Shown piece by piece: positions 1-11,590 of a stretch of 64,000 nt of DNA; position 1 is the first letter of the stretch, and every line of letters begins with the position of its first letter. The DNA is taken from contig NC_042998.1 in NCBI RefSeq assembly GCF_006345805.1, positions 21,514,001 through 21,578,000 of the forward strand, written 5' to 3'. The position numbers and the translations under genes were made by a program. Under the pieces are notes generated by a model. It ran no database searches. It was not told the origin of the DNA and saw only the letters and a program-made list of their open reading frames with translations. This DNA is from Octopus sinensis (Eukaryota).

Positions 1-240
1 ATCTTATCTTTAGAAAGTTTTAGACATCAAACGTAACTTTACCACGAAATCATCTGTAAGAGTTTTTAGTCAGTCAGATCATTAAATTGAGCACAATGAT
101 TGTTTTAATTTGGTATTTATTTTAGCAGTATATTTTAATTGAATGTGTGATAAGTTGCACTGAAGTACAATGGTAAGAGTAGCAATCGGAGTAACTGACA
201 TGGAAGATATATACACATTTATATGACTCTCATTCAGCAA
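1..240 (+). other. 5' part of intron 2 of CD225 paralog G1 (its Pro-rich exon 2 should end about 70 nt before the window)
   Basis: 1-240 aligns with 26790-26955, just downstream of G2 exon 2 (atcttatct.tag.aagttttag.catcaaa; tggaagatatatacac). Confidence 0.75.
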
Positions 241-299
241 GCCATCACTGCTCCGTTCCTGTGATGTATTAGAGATCTCATGTCTGTTTTCTGCTATGA

Positions 300-720
300 G
301 ATTACATTTATCAGAAAGAACTGTATTTTCAATCGTTTCCTCTGCTACTGTTTTCCGATACCCGCCATTTGCTAGCTTCGAGCTCTACTTCTGTGAACCA
401 ACTATTTTTTCTTATTGCTCTATCTTGATCCCATAATCTCTGATCCGTGAATTGAAACAATACTCTTTCTCTCCGTTGATCATACATACGTTGTCGGTTA
501 CTTCTAATATGAAGACCATTTTCGATTATAGGGTTGCTCAGGCAGTAACACTCCATGACCAGAGCATTGACTTGTTTGTTTCATCTACGCTGTGTGTGCT
601 GGTCCCTTGCTGGATAATGACAGGCTGGAGTCAGACCAGTATTTCTGAGTCTGCCGGGTGCAACACTGTCACCATGTAGGGCTTCAGTTTCATTACGACC
701 GCTATTCAAAATATTTTGTC
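300..720 (-). mobile_element. R4/Dong-clade (RLE) non-LTR retrotransposon N-terminal fragment
   Basis: Translates RR*NKQVNALVMECYCLSNP...RQRMY...TDQRLWDQDRAIRKNSWFTEVELE, matching the recalled N-terminal motif of R4/Dong ORFs. Confidence 0.7.
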
Positions 721-972
721 TTTTCGTTGTCATACATATGAGGTAGCGATTATCAGGTTGTGCAATTACCAGTGTTTTTATTGTAACACAATCACTAGAT
801 GTATCATCAATCAGAACATAGGGAGATTCCAACCGCTTCCTTTCATTGTTATTATTATCATCACTGATATTATTTTCATTTTTTACTATTTGTCATTGTT
901 AACATTTCCTCCGACTCGACATGATTTTTGGCTAAGTTATTATCCCCCTCCTCTTCATCACCATCATCGTCA

Positions 973-985
973 GCAGTAGTAGTAG

Positions 986-1031
<46 letters not shown>

Positions 1032-1056
1032 GGTGGTGGTGGTGGTGGTGGTAGCT

Positions 1057-1141
<85 letters not shown>

Positions 1142-1143
1142 CA
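973..1143. repeat. Compound trinucleotide microsatellite (AGT)n(GGT)n(GCA)n(AGT)n
   Basis: Directly visible; explains the poly-T/A/L/V ORFs at 876-1214. Confidence 0.98.
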
Positions 1144-1149
1144 GCATCA

Positions 1150-1375
1150 AGGGTGTGAGCTGACAGGATCGTTATCACGTTGGACGAATTTCTTAGCGGC
1201 ATTTCAACCGTCACTGCGTTCTGAGTTCAAATTCCACAGAGGTCGATTTTGCCTTTCACCCTAGGGGCCGATAAATTAAGTACCATACCAGTGAAAAACT
1301 GCAGTGAATATAATCAACGCATCCTCTCTCCCTACATCTGAGGCTTTGTGCCCCCAGTAGAAAGGATTATTATTG
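1150..1375 (+). mobile_element. tRNA-derived SINE family 1 (diverged copy)
   Basis: gttctgagttcaaattcc (B box) + ggtcgattttgcctttca core shared with 4384-4614; (att)n-like tail. Confidence 0.8.
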
Positions 1376-3540
1376 TTCTTATTTTTATTATTTACATTTT
1401 ATTTGCATGTTTGTTACAATCACTTGCCGAGACACACTCGGCGTCGTGGGGCGAGTAAAGGATAAAAGATCTGACAGAATGAGTGAATATTTGAGAGGGA
1501 GGGGTGGCAGGGGCAGTAGCGAAATATCTTCATGTAACACAGCACAGATATTTAAATTGACAGGATTTGCTCCGCGTGTGGGCAGTCAACATTTTTTTTT
1601 TGATTTCCTGAGATATTATGTAGATGTTGTTGTCATCCTTCTCTTATCACCCCTAGGACACCCACAATAACAGGAACAGCGGTTGCTTTAAGATGTCACA
1701 TCTTCTGTATTTCAAGTTCAAAGTCCTTATATTTACTCAATTTCTCAAATTCCTTTACAGTTATGTTTTTATCAGTGGGAACACATACATGTATTAGTCT
1801 ACAAATATTTTCTTCTCTGTCTGTAATGTCTATGGCTAGTGGATTAGCCTGGATCGTTCTGTCACTGTTGACTAGAAAATCCCAGAGGATAGTGATATTT
1901 TTACCTTCAACGGCTGGCGCAAATGATATTCATACCAGTAAGCAGGGATGCTGCTTTCGTAGTCTTTACATATTTTCCAATGTAGAAACTGTCCTAAACT
2001 ATCGTGGTGATTTTTGTATTCGTTTGATATTAGCACAGGACATCGCGAGATGGGATGGTTTATTGTTTCATCAAATTTATCGCAGAATCTACATTTAGGG
2101 TAAAAACCGTATTGTATAACGTTAGCCTGAGAGATTTTTGTAAGGAAGCTTTGATCTTGTGCCGCCAATATGGAGCCTTCAGTCTTTGCTTTCATTTCCG
2201 AGTTTCTCAGTCAATGTTTGGTTGTTGCTTGATCTACATCAGCATTTCGACTTCGAAGTATCTACTATCCATACAGAGGCCTCTGACTCCGCCGCTCCTC
2301 AATTTGTTTTCGCCCGTTCTTTTTTGCAGTCTGTATTATCCGTTTTGTTTCTTATTTAACAATGATTTCAGGCTTTTCATCTGATGCAGGGTTAATGCTA
2401 AGTTCACTTGCGAAGTTGCTAGTTTCCTTGACGATACAATGTGATTTTTGGCTGCTTTTGTGTTTGCTCACAAGCCGCAGTATCCAGTCTTCTGTACTAG
2501 ATAAGTACTTGTTCATTGCTATTGTAGAGGTCTTAGAGCACAGTTCTACCTACATCATTCTTCTTTTTCCCATTACTTCTAAGTAGGTACAGACGATCAG
2601 CTTCTGATTTGGGGTGGTGCATGTTCTTAGAAGTTAGTAGTTTTCTTGTCTTCCTGTCCAGGCGTTGGAGTTCTTTAAGATTACATTTAAGGGTGTTAAA
2701 AGTGTATTCGACTACTGGAAGTGCCAGGATGTTAATGGGCTCGATGCAATCTTTGAAAGCGAGTCGTATTCTTCTGTAATATTATTGTGGTTTTTCCCTC
2801 ACAGTTGCATACTATATGCCGTCTGCATCATTTTACTCCAGGTACTTATAGTACTCTTGTGAATCAGGATCCTTAATGGTAGTGTCGGTATCTAACTTAA
2901 TGGAAGCTGTTTGTTTGAGATTTTCCCTAACAAAAGTTGCTTTAGCACACTTATCAAGGCCAAAATCCATTCCAATATCATTGTTGAACTCTTTAACAAG
3001 TCTGCCAGTAAACTCAGACTTGTTGAGGTTTCTCATAATATCTTATTTTGCTTCTATGATCTCCTCTTTACTATTCACATCAAATTCTGTGTCATGTTTA
3101 TTTTGGTGCTCTTGGGGTAGGTCTCCGTACTCCTCTTTTTCCATTATTCTTTCTTTTAATTTCTCGTTGGGATTTACTGCTCATACTTTGGGCTCTGTGC
3201 ATCTGTTACCTATTTCATCTAAGTTATTGATGTTTTCATTGGGTCTCGCATGATATATTTGTGTCCTAATCTGGCTAATTTCAGCATCAGTTAACCTTTA
3301 ATTCCTCATGATGTCCCTACGTATATCACTTCTTTTATTTGCCTCTATATATCTGCTTACATCGTTACCTACTAAGTTTCTCCATGACGGGTATGTTTGT
3401 ACAATAAGGTTACTGTTTGGGTTTAGCTGGATTGCTTAGAAAGCCTTCAACTTGTCTCTATAATCCTCACTAGTCCATTTTCTGCGTTGATGATTATAGT
3501 GGTGCTACTACAAGTCTAGGGTTAGGGTCATCCTGGCTCA
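1376..3540 (-). mobile_element. R4/Dong-clade non-LTR retrotransposon, internally deleted, dead
   Basis: Minus strand reads N-terminal QRRKWTSEDY, late RT (FNNDIGMDFGLDKCAK...YKYL), CCHC knuckle (CRFC..DETINHPISRCP) and RLE domain (ITILWDF...DRTIQAN...VPTDKNI...KLSKYKD), with stops and frameshifts; degenerate (AAT)n tail near 1376. Confidence 0.9.
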
Positions 3541-3559
3541 GGTGACCTGGCAGTTTTTT

Positions 3560-3960
3560 TTTTTTTTAAGTTTGTTCCAGCAGCAGACCTTTTGACCCCA
3601 AAATGTTTCCCCACTAAGTGCAGCAGTTCTTGATGTATCGGGCTACGACTGAATCGACATGAGTTTGGTTTGTCAGTAAAGCATTGACGGTGACAATAGG
3701 AGACGGGTCTGTTTGTTCAAGGTTGACTTATTGATATGACAGCGCTTCCTTGTTTTTCCTATGGACATATTTATCGTATCGTAGGCTTGTTTCACCATCT
3801 TCACGGGCACTTGATGTCCATCTTCACAGGCATTTGATGTCCTTCTCTGTGGCTGATCTCCACAACTCTTCAAGATTGAGTGGATTCTTCTTTAATTCTG
3901 TACACATTTGTTCGATGATATTTAAGTCAGGGCTCTGAGCTGGCCAACTTTCAATATGGT
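3560..3960 (-). mobile_element. Tc1/mariner fragment
   Basis: Same sequence as 5790-5990 (ccatcttcacaggcatttgatgtc...ttcaagattgagtggattctt), which adjoins Tc1 transposase coding sequence. Confidence 0.7.
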
Positions 3961-4383
3961 AGTACCTATTTCTTTACTACCCACAAGGGGCTAAACACAG
4001 AGGGGACAAACAAGCTATGTCTCTGGGCATAAATGCTTCGTGATGCTTTAAACCGAGTGACTAATTTGCTCTTTCTTATATTCTTCTGTGGGGGGGGGTT
4101 GCTTTGATTTTGTTTGGTACTGCATTGCTCGTGGTAGGTGTTTGTCTTTTATTTTCTGTATGTTCATGTGTGTGTCCTGTAGACATTTTTTTATGTTGCT
4201 TGTAAAAATAAGTATGTGCACTTGGAGAAATGGAAAGTTGCATGTAAAGATAATTATTCAATCTACGTAATTACTGTGTAATTAGTGTGTTTGACCAGGT
4301 TTCCGCGTACTGGTTTCGGCGTCTTTCGCATGTCATATAGAGATATCATGCATTTCAGAAAGAACCTACACTGTATGTAAGAA

Positions 4384-4614
4384 GGCGGCGAGCTGGCAGA
4401 AACGTTTACGCGCCGGGCGAAATGCTAAGCGGTATTTCGTCTGTCGCAACGTTCTGAGTTCAAATTCCGCCGAGGTCGACTTTGCCTTTCATCCTTTCGG
4501 GGTCGATAAATTAAGTACCAGTTGCGTACTGGAGTCGATCTAATCGACTTAATACCTATGTCTGTCCTTGTTTGTCCCCTCTATGTTTAGCCCCTTGTGG
4601 GTAGTAAAGAAATA
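4384..4614 (+). mobile_element. tRNA-derived SINE family 1 (Meta-like core), full length, with target-site duplication
   Basis: GGCGGCGAGCTGGCAGAAACG...GTTCTGAGTTCAAATTCCGCCGAGGTCGACTTTGCCTTTCATCC; 12-bp TSD tgtatgtaagaa at 4372-4383 and 4615-4626; absent at the matching G2/G3 sites. Confidence 0.92.
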
Positions 4615-4829
4615 TGTATGTAAGAAAAATCCTTCTGAATTTCTTATTCCTTTGCTTTCTTTACGAAGACTTTTCCCATTGCTGTATCTCGATGTTGTCC
4701 TTCCATTGCACCGACGTTACTGTTTTGTGGAGAGGGGATCTTAGAGTACATCCATGTTGTGCTCATCATCGTTATAAACATCCCTAGATAATTGTATTAT
4801 TTTTTTTTTCTTATTTCTTCTCTTTTCAG

Positions 4830-4940
4830 ACAGAAAACCAGGAAATAAAATACTTGGGCTGTAGGATATGTGCAGCAATATATGTCACCTTTTGCTGCTT
4901 TTTTCCAACAGGCCTTGTTGCTTCTATTAAGTTATGTGAG
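4830..4940 (+). CDS. CD225/dispanin-family membrane protein G1, penultimate exon (intramembrane segment)
   Basis: Polypyrimidine tract + cag acceptor and gtaagt donor, 111 nt, phase 0: TENQEIKYLGCRICAAIYVTFCCFFPTGLVASIKLCE (CD225 CCxxPxG motif); paralogous to 28275-28382. Confidence 0.9.
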
Positions 4941-5003
4941 GTAAGTAAAATACGAACGTTTCTTGCAAGAATTTCTGTTCATTTGCATACCTTTTATCCA
5001 AAC

Positions 5004-5462
5004 GAGGCTGTGTGATAAGAAATTTGCTTACCAATCACACGGTTTTGGTTTCAGTTCTACCGCCGCACCTGGGATAAGTGATTTGTACAACAGCCAAGTG
5101 TTGATCAAAGCCATGTGAATGGATTAAGCAGAAGGAAACTGAAAGAACCCCGTCACACACACATACCTACACATATATACATATGAATATACGTGTATGT
5201 ATATGTGTGTATGTGTGTGTGTGTGTGTGCGTGTGTGTGTGTGTGGAAGAGAAAGAGAGTATCTATGTCTGTGTTAGTCAACTACCACCAGTTATAACCG
5301 ATGTTGGTGTGTTTACGTTCTCGTACTCTAGCGTTTCGGCACAAAGATGATAAACTAAGTGCCAGCCTTAAAAATAAAATATGTACACGTGTCGATCCGT
5401 TCAACTAAAATTCTTTAAGGCGATGCTCCAGCATGGCCATAGTCTGATGACTGAAACAAATA
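5004..5462 (+). mobile_element. tRNA-derived SINE family 2 (V-domain-like core with internal CA/TA microsatellite)
   Basis: aaagcc.tgtgaatggatt...gaaactgaaagaa core and 3' aaggcgatgctccagcatggcc; same family as 62711-63100. Confidence 0.8.
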
Positions 5463-6270
5463 CTATACACTGCAAAAGCCTTCGGCCAATTTCAATTATT
5501 GTAAATTACTATTAATTGCCAACCTATAAGGGGGTGTTTCGCATTGCGCTTTTTGCAGATGAAACATTGGCCTTAAACATTATATTTTGTAGTAGGGGTC
5601 TGAATGAGAGGGAAAGATGTGAGACGACCACCAAAAATGGCCAAGCAAAAGTCTACGGCCACCTCACCTAAACAAATCAAGATACAGTGTTTCAAAACAG
5701 AAAAATGTCTATAATGAACATTTATTATATAATGTTCTTTTCAAGATCTTTTGATATTTCGTATGGCTACTTCTCACCTTGAACCATTGCTTCAATGCAC
5801 TTAGGAAGAGATGAGTACAAATCCTTCACCATCTTCACAGGCATTTGATGTCATTCTCTGTGGCTGATCTCCCACAACACTTCAAGATTGAGTGGATTCT
5901 TCTGACAAACTCTTCTCTTTAGTTCTGTACACATTTGTTCGAAGATATTTAAGACAGGGCTCCAAGCTGGCCAATCTTTCAATATGGCAATACCTTTATC
6001 AGCCAGACTCTGTTATGTTGCACGCAATCTGTGGCATTGCGCACCGTAATGCTGAAAAATCTCACCTTCATTCAAGTCTTTTATAAAATTTCCTGCAGCA
6101 ACTATATGTATTTGGCACTTCCAGTTACCGTCAATTTTAACCACCTTTCTTGAACCATCACATTTTATGTGTCCCCAAAGCATCAGATTCTTACTCCCAA
6201 ACTTCACTGTTTTTGTCAAGTAACGTGGGTCGTTTTCCTTCCTGACAAACTCTGGCTTATTAAAAAGGGA
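5463..6270 (-). mobile_element. Tc1-type transposon fragment (3' half of transposase + terminal region)
   Basis: ORF 6013-6219 KTVKFGSKNLMLWG resembles the Tc1 TVKxGGGSVMVWG motif; paralogous copies at 28886-29290 and 51306-51730 lack the coding part. Confidence 0.75.
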
Positions 6271-6409
6271 AACGAATCATATATGTACAAGGTGATTGTC
6301 TATTCCTCATGCATAATCTGACCACCTCATACATACATATATAAATACACACATACATAGATACATACACACACACGCATACATACACTAATAACACACA
6401 CACACACAG

Positions 6410-6469
<60 letters not shown>

Positions 6470-7189
6470 GTACATATAAGTAATCCCCCCATCCCCCCAA
6501 AAAACGAAGAAAAAGCACAAGAAGTAAAAACTGTGTTTAGATTACATTATCCAATGTGATATTATACAATGTTATTTTTTTAAAAGAGAATGTTGTGATT
6601 TGAGGAATTTGGCTACTCTTTCAAACAGTCTTATTTATTTCCTTGTGGTTGTGTCATAGACTGTTTGAGGTTCCCTCATGGCGTTGATACGCATTTAGTT
6701 GATGGAGATTATAGAGGAGAAGCATAATTAAAGGTCCTAAACAAGACCAAACGAACATCATGATTATAATAGTCGTGAAAATGGTTCTTATATTAAGGCT
6801 CACCTCTAATGCATGTTTGCTCCATTATGCCTAACAATAACCGTTTCAAGTATTCCAAATACAGCAGTCTTGTTTTAACTCATCATTAATATCTGCCAAC
6901 TCACCATATCATTGTAAATAAGGTTTCTATTAATCCAGTCTACATAAAATATCTTTAACCCCAATTGGCTAAGAAACAGCATAGCATTTAACAGCGTTGA
7001 TAAAACATCTGCTTTTAGAAGAGTAATGGTTATGAAACTGACGAAATATCACTTCACCACCCCCGGAACAACACACACATTACAAAAATATTGGTAGAAT
7101 TCGTGGTCACACCAGCTCCCCTCCATCCATTCCTTTATTTAGAAGAAATGCTACTGTTCATCCATATAATTCCATATAATTGCTACGAC

Positions 7190-7375
7190 GCATAAAATAT
7201 TTAGCTGTATTTTGTCCGTTTTTACGTTCTGAGTTCAGATTCCCACGGGTCCACTTTGCCTTTCATCCTTTAGGGATACATAAAATAAGTAATTGTTTGA
7301 GTACTGGGATCGATGTAATTCACTTATTCATTCCTCCAAAATTACTGGCCTTGAGACAAAATTAGAAATCAACAT
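7190..7375 (+). mobile_element. Old SINE family 1 copy just upstream of the last exon, shared by G1, G2 (29870-30050) and G3 (52300-52480)
   Basis: gttctgagttcagattc...ccactttgcctttcatcc core at the same position in all three paralogs. Confidence 0.75.
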
Positions 7376-7443
7376 ATTTGCTGTTGTTCAGTTTTATTGG
7401 CGTGCTTTAAATATGAACTAATTCTTGTCTTTCTATCTTCTAG

Positions 7444-7590
7444 GCAAGTACAATGGCTGAAAATGGAAATTTAGAAGGTGCAAACAAAGCAAATTCTGTT
7501 GCTATGACCTTCATCAAACTATCAATTTTTGGTGGCGTTTTTATATCTGTGCTTACACTCTTTTTAATAATAGGAAATGCTAGAATGTAG
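7444..7590 (+). CDS. CD225/dispanin-family protein G1, last exon (conserved intracellular loop + C-terminal TM helix)
   Basis: ttctatcttctag acceptor; ASTMAENGNLEGANKANSVAMTFIKLSIFGGVFISVLTLFLIIGNARM*; in frame with 4830-4940; GxxxG motif (GNLEG). Confidence 0.9.
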   Translation, partial: ASTMAENGNLEGANKANSVAMTFIKLSIFGGVFISVLTLFLIIGNARM

Positions 7591-8278
7591 CTAGATTATA
7601 TATTCTGATCGGTGAAATGTAAGGCTTCCACCTGAAGGCAAGAACCCATAAAGCAGTAAAATTATGAGAGTATACAGATATTCCTGCACCTCTTGTAGCA
7701 TTCCTTCACTCCAATTTAAGCACCCACGAAATCAACGTGTAATGATGCTGCATTTTGGCTTTAATTCAATCTCCTTTATCAGGAATGGTCAAACTTTAAA
7801 ATCATTTTATAAATACAGTTGTTAAACAAAGTAAATTTTTAAAATCTTTCCTACTTTTTCAAAATATTTCCTTAAAACCAGTTATTTGAGAGTTTAAGAT
7901 TTATATGAGCGCTTAAGCGGTTTAACATAAATTAAACACTAGATACACAAAGAATAAACAGTTATACACATATATTGACAAATATTGCTATACATGTCAA
8001 CACAAAATATTAGATAATGGTAGATAGATGCGGCTAAAACTGAAAACTGCATTCAAATATTAACCACAAATGTCGTGGAATATATTTCTTGCAGCTTTCA
8101 TTCATAATTATTTGAATTATTATTAATTTAAATATTTCTTCTTATCATGTCAATCAACGGGAAGTGGAGTTCACAACAAACATTCTAGTGGCATTTTGCA
8201 GACAAGAAATTAAACCTTCAACGCAGTAAACCTGAAAGGACAGCAGCGAAAGACTGGGTATCTATCTATATAAAACGT

Positions 8279-8374
8279 AAAAAAAAAACAACGTTGCCCG
8301 CGGGTACCTACAGGACTCGAACACGAACAGGTTAGATATGATCTAACAACAATACCATTTCGCTATGCAGTAAC
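8279..8374 (-). ncRNA. tRNA-like Pol III unit (A box, B box, oligo-T); paralogs at 30826-30915 and 53237-53325
   Basis: Minus strand TAGCGAAATGG (8355-8365), GTTCGAGTCC (8313-8322), stem GTTAG-N7-CTAAC and a 10-nt T run; the T-stem is not canonical. Confidence 0.45.
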
Positions 8375-8630
8375 GTGCGATGAAGTATCGTCAAATGTAA
8401 AGCCACTTCGAATGCGATAACATTTTATAAACAAAATTTGGAAGCATTACATGTGGTTGTTATTCTGCAGACCAGAAAATAATGATTTTATTGTACTATC
8501 GTCTGTAGAACAATATCTGAAGGAGTTTTCCGTTAATAAAGTTCAATATTTAAACTAATGAATATTATAACAAAATAGTAGTTGTTTAAAATTGTAGATA
8601 CATCAATAAATCAACTGGTATATTCTACGA

Positions 8631-8910
8631 AGGCGCATGGCTCAGTGGTTAGAGCCTCGAGCTTACGACCGTGAGGTTGTGAGATCGAATCCCGGACCGG
8701 GCTGCGTGTTGTGTTCTTAGCTGTAGAAATGAGTTGCGACGTCACTGGTGCCAAGCTGGATCGACCTTTGTCTTTCCCTTGGAAACCCAAATACTGCATG
8801 GGCGACTTCTGGTCTTCCATAAACAACCTTGCCCGGACTTGTGTCTAGGAGGGTAACTTTCTAGGTGCAATCCCATGGTCATTCATGACCGAAGGGGGTC
8901 TTTACCCCTT
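8631..8910 (+). mobile_element. tRNA-derived SINE family 3 (internally deleted), G1-unit specific
   Basis: AGGCGCATGGCTCAGTGGTTAGAGC...GATCGAATCCC; TSD tatattcta(c/t)ga at 8619-8630 and 8911-8922; empty site at about 31140. Confidence 0.9.
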
Positions 8911-9667
8911 TATATTCTATGACGAGTGGCAGCAGCAGTAATAATGACAACAACAATAACTACTACTACTAATACAGCTGATGTCGCTGCTGTTGCTGCT
9001 ACCAACTTCTGCTGACCTCTGTAGTAGTGAAAAATTTGCCTTCATTCCCCCTTTTCTGAGATAATAGAGAGCGAGGGCGAATATATCTGGTGTGCCACCA
9101 GAGGCAGACTTCTGGTGAGTAGGGGTGTCCGGAGATAAGCGAAGAGAATTGAATCGGAACAGGATTTATTAGACGAATCTAGAACAGATCTTGACTTATT
9201 ACAGCTCACAAACAAGGCAGACCTTCACGTCACGGTGGATTGAAGATGATCACAATTCACATATATTGTGATGCCAACCATGTGAGAGTCTTCTCTTCGA
9301 TACAGAAAGTGAAAGTATGCAGGCACCGCTGTTTCCAGCATCACAAACATCAAACACAATTACAATGCCAAGAACAGCAAGCAACCATAATATTAGCGAT
9401 AAAAAATGCAACAGAGCCAGCAGCAACAAATGTGTTTATGAATGTGTGTATTCAGGGTTTGACCTTTTGAATCGGTTTTGTGAGTGAATATATATGACCA
9501 TATATGTATGTGTATGTAAGAATGTATATGCGTTTGCTTTTGTGATTGCATTCCAGCATGAGTGTGCATAATTCCGTGTGTTTGTGTGGTGTGGAGTTTT
9601 TTTAATAGGGAAGCGTCTGTGTTTATGTTAGCGTGTGTGCGTGTATTATTATTATAGGTGAAATGGA

Positions 9668-10073
9668 AGGCGACGATCTGGCAGAATCATTATCGCGTCA
9701 GGCGAAATGCTAAGCGGTATTTCGTCTGTCGTTACGTTCTGAGTTCAAATTCTGCCGAGGTCGACTTTGCCTTTCATCCTTTCGGGTTCGATAAATTAAG
9801 TACCAGTTACGCACTGGGGTCGATATAATCGACTTAATCCGTCTGTCTGTCCTTGTTTGTCTCCTCTGTGTTTAGCCCCTTGTGGGTAGTAAAGAAATAG
9901 GTATTACATCTGCCGTTACGTTCGAGTTCAAAATATGCGAGGTCGACATTGCTTTTCAACTCCTCGGGATCGATAAAAAGAGTGCGATTTACACACAGGG
10001 ATCGATGAAATCGATTCAATCTTTCCACCAGAATCTGAGTTCTTGTGCCTCCAGTAGAATAGATTATTATAAG
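9668..10073 (+). mobile_element. SINE family 1 full copy (9668-9900) followed by an older partial copy (9908-10073)
   Basis: Same head, core and tail as 4384-4614; the second copy has the gtagaa.agattattat tail seen at 1150-1375. Confidence 0.85.
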
Positions 10074-10190
10074 CAAAATAAACCTCTCAAAAAACTCAAA
10101 TATGTTTCAACACATCAGTTAGCATTAAGGATTTTGCAAAGTAAATAAAAATACGAAGTATACACACACATGCACACACACACACACACG

Positions 10191-10259
<69 letters not shown>

Positions 10260-10329
10260 GTATGTATGTATGTATGTATATGTATATAGGATATTAATGA
10301 AGGAAAATGCAGACACATTACATAGTTTT

Positions 10330-11590
10330 ATTATAATCATTAATAAAACTTGCATTTGCCGACCGGTTTCGCTTTCGCTATTCATGATATTAAGTTTTAT
10401 TTAAATACGTCTTTTCTTAAGAAGTAATTTTTCGGGTCATGTTTTCAGTGAAATTATGAGTGAATGACTAAAACTAAGGGGAGGTAATTGGTTATTGTGG
10501 GCAAAGTAGGGGAGCTTTTGGTATATACACACACAAAAATTCGAAAACTAGTTTAGTGGGAAGATATATGTGAAGGGATCAAAGTTGGTTATGCGTTCTG
10601 TATTTTTCGATGAAAAATTTTCTTTATTTAAAAGTTATTGTATAGAAATTGTATCTTGGCGCTGGTAGAAGGGGAAATTTGTGAAATTTGGTTTGATGTT
10701 ACCAGCACATCTCTATTTGTGTTCACTTAAAGGAATTTGCCTGTATTGCAGGAACCGGATCTGCTTTTTATGTAGAGAGGTGTTCCGTCTCAATGTCATA
10801 CTCATCTGTCCAATATAGTGTTGTCCACAACAGGAATTAGGCTCCCAGAGTCTCAAATGAAATTAGTTTTAATTCTGAAGCTCTCTCCCTCTTTGAAAAG
10901 GAAATCCGAGCCTTCAAGTAAGTTGGGGCATGTTTGACAGTTTAGGAGTTCACACTTTTAACCGTTGGTTTCGTGGTTGTTGTGGAAAACTTTGCATTTC
11001 TTAGAAGTCTCTTTAGCGATTTCTGTTGCTTTTTGCCTTTGATGAGTTTGTGTGTTTTCAGTGCGTCGTTCATTTTTGAAGCTGTAGTTAGTAAAAGGAG
11101 ATTTTGCACAATACTCTTGTATCCTTCACTGTTTCTAGGGTTGTGGGTTGATAAACAGAGTAGTGTTTTGAGATGAGGAGTGGTCTTATGCTTTGTTGCC
11201 ATTAGTGCTTTTATGTCAAAATTCTTGGCACGCCTAATTCCCTAGTCTGTAAGTGAGGGTGGATATTGCCTTTCAGTTAGCGTTATTTTGAGGCCTTGAA
11301 GACGAAGGTCCCGAGTAGTTCTATCAGATACTATAGTGCAAATCCTTTTTGCTAAATTAAAAGGGTGCTGCTTTCGTTCCCATCGCAATCCCATATTTTG
11401 ACGATAGTATGTGTCATCAAATAGGAAATAATTGTTCTGAAGTATAAATTTTCAAGATCCAATAACAAAGATCTGATTTATGCGTTCCGGGAGTACTTCG
11501 AGATAATCTTTCAACTAGAATTTGATTGCTTTTATTCCATAGTCATAAGAACCTAATTTACGTTATAACATCCTCGAGTTGAGGACAACG
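10330..11590 (-). mobile_element. Penelope-like element (RT fragment + GIY-YIG endonuclease + pLTR), dead
   Basis: Minus strand: FILQNNYFLFDDTYYRQ (RT), LKRLLRNAKF linker, CGQHYIGQMSMTLRR...IPLSEH...FPFYQ (GIY-YIG); hammerhead motif in the terminal repeat at 10361-10385. Confidence 0.85.

Noticed and set aside
8631-8705. tRNA genes at SINE heads (8631, 36690-36763, 61905-61978, 4384)
   Set aside because: A and B boxes are present, but they run into SINE bodies flanked by TSDs and lack a proper acceptor stem.
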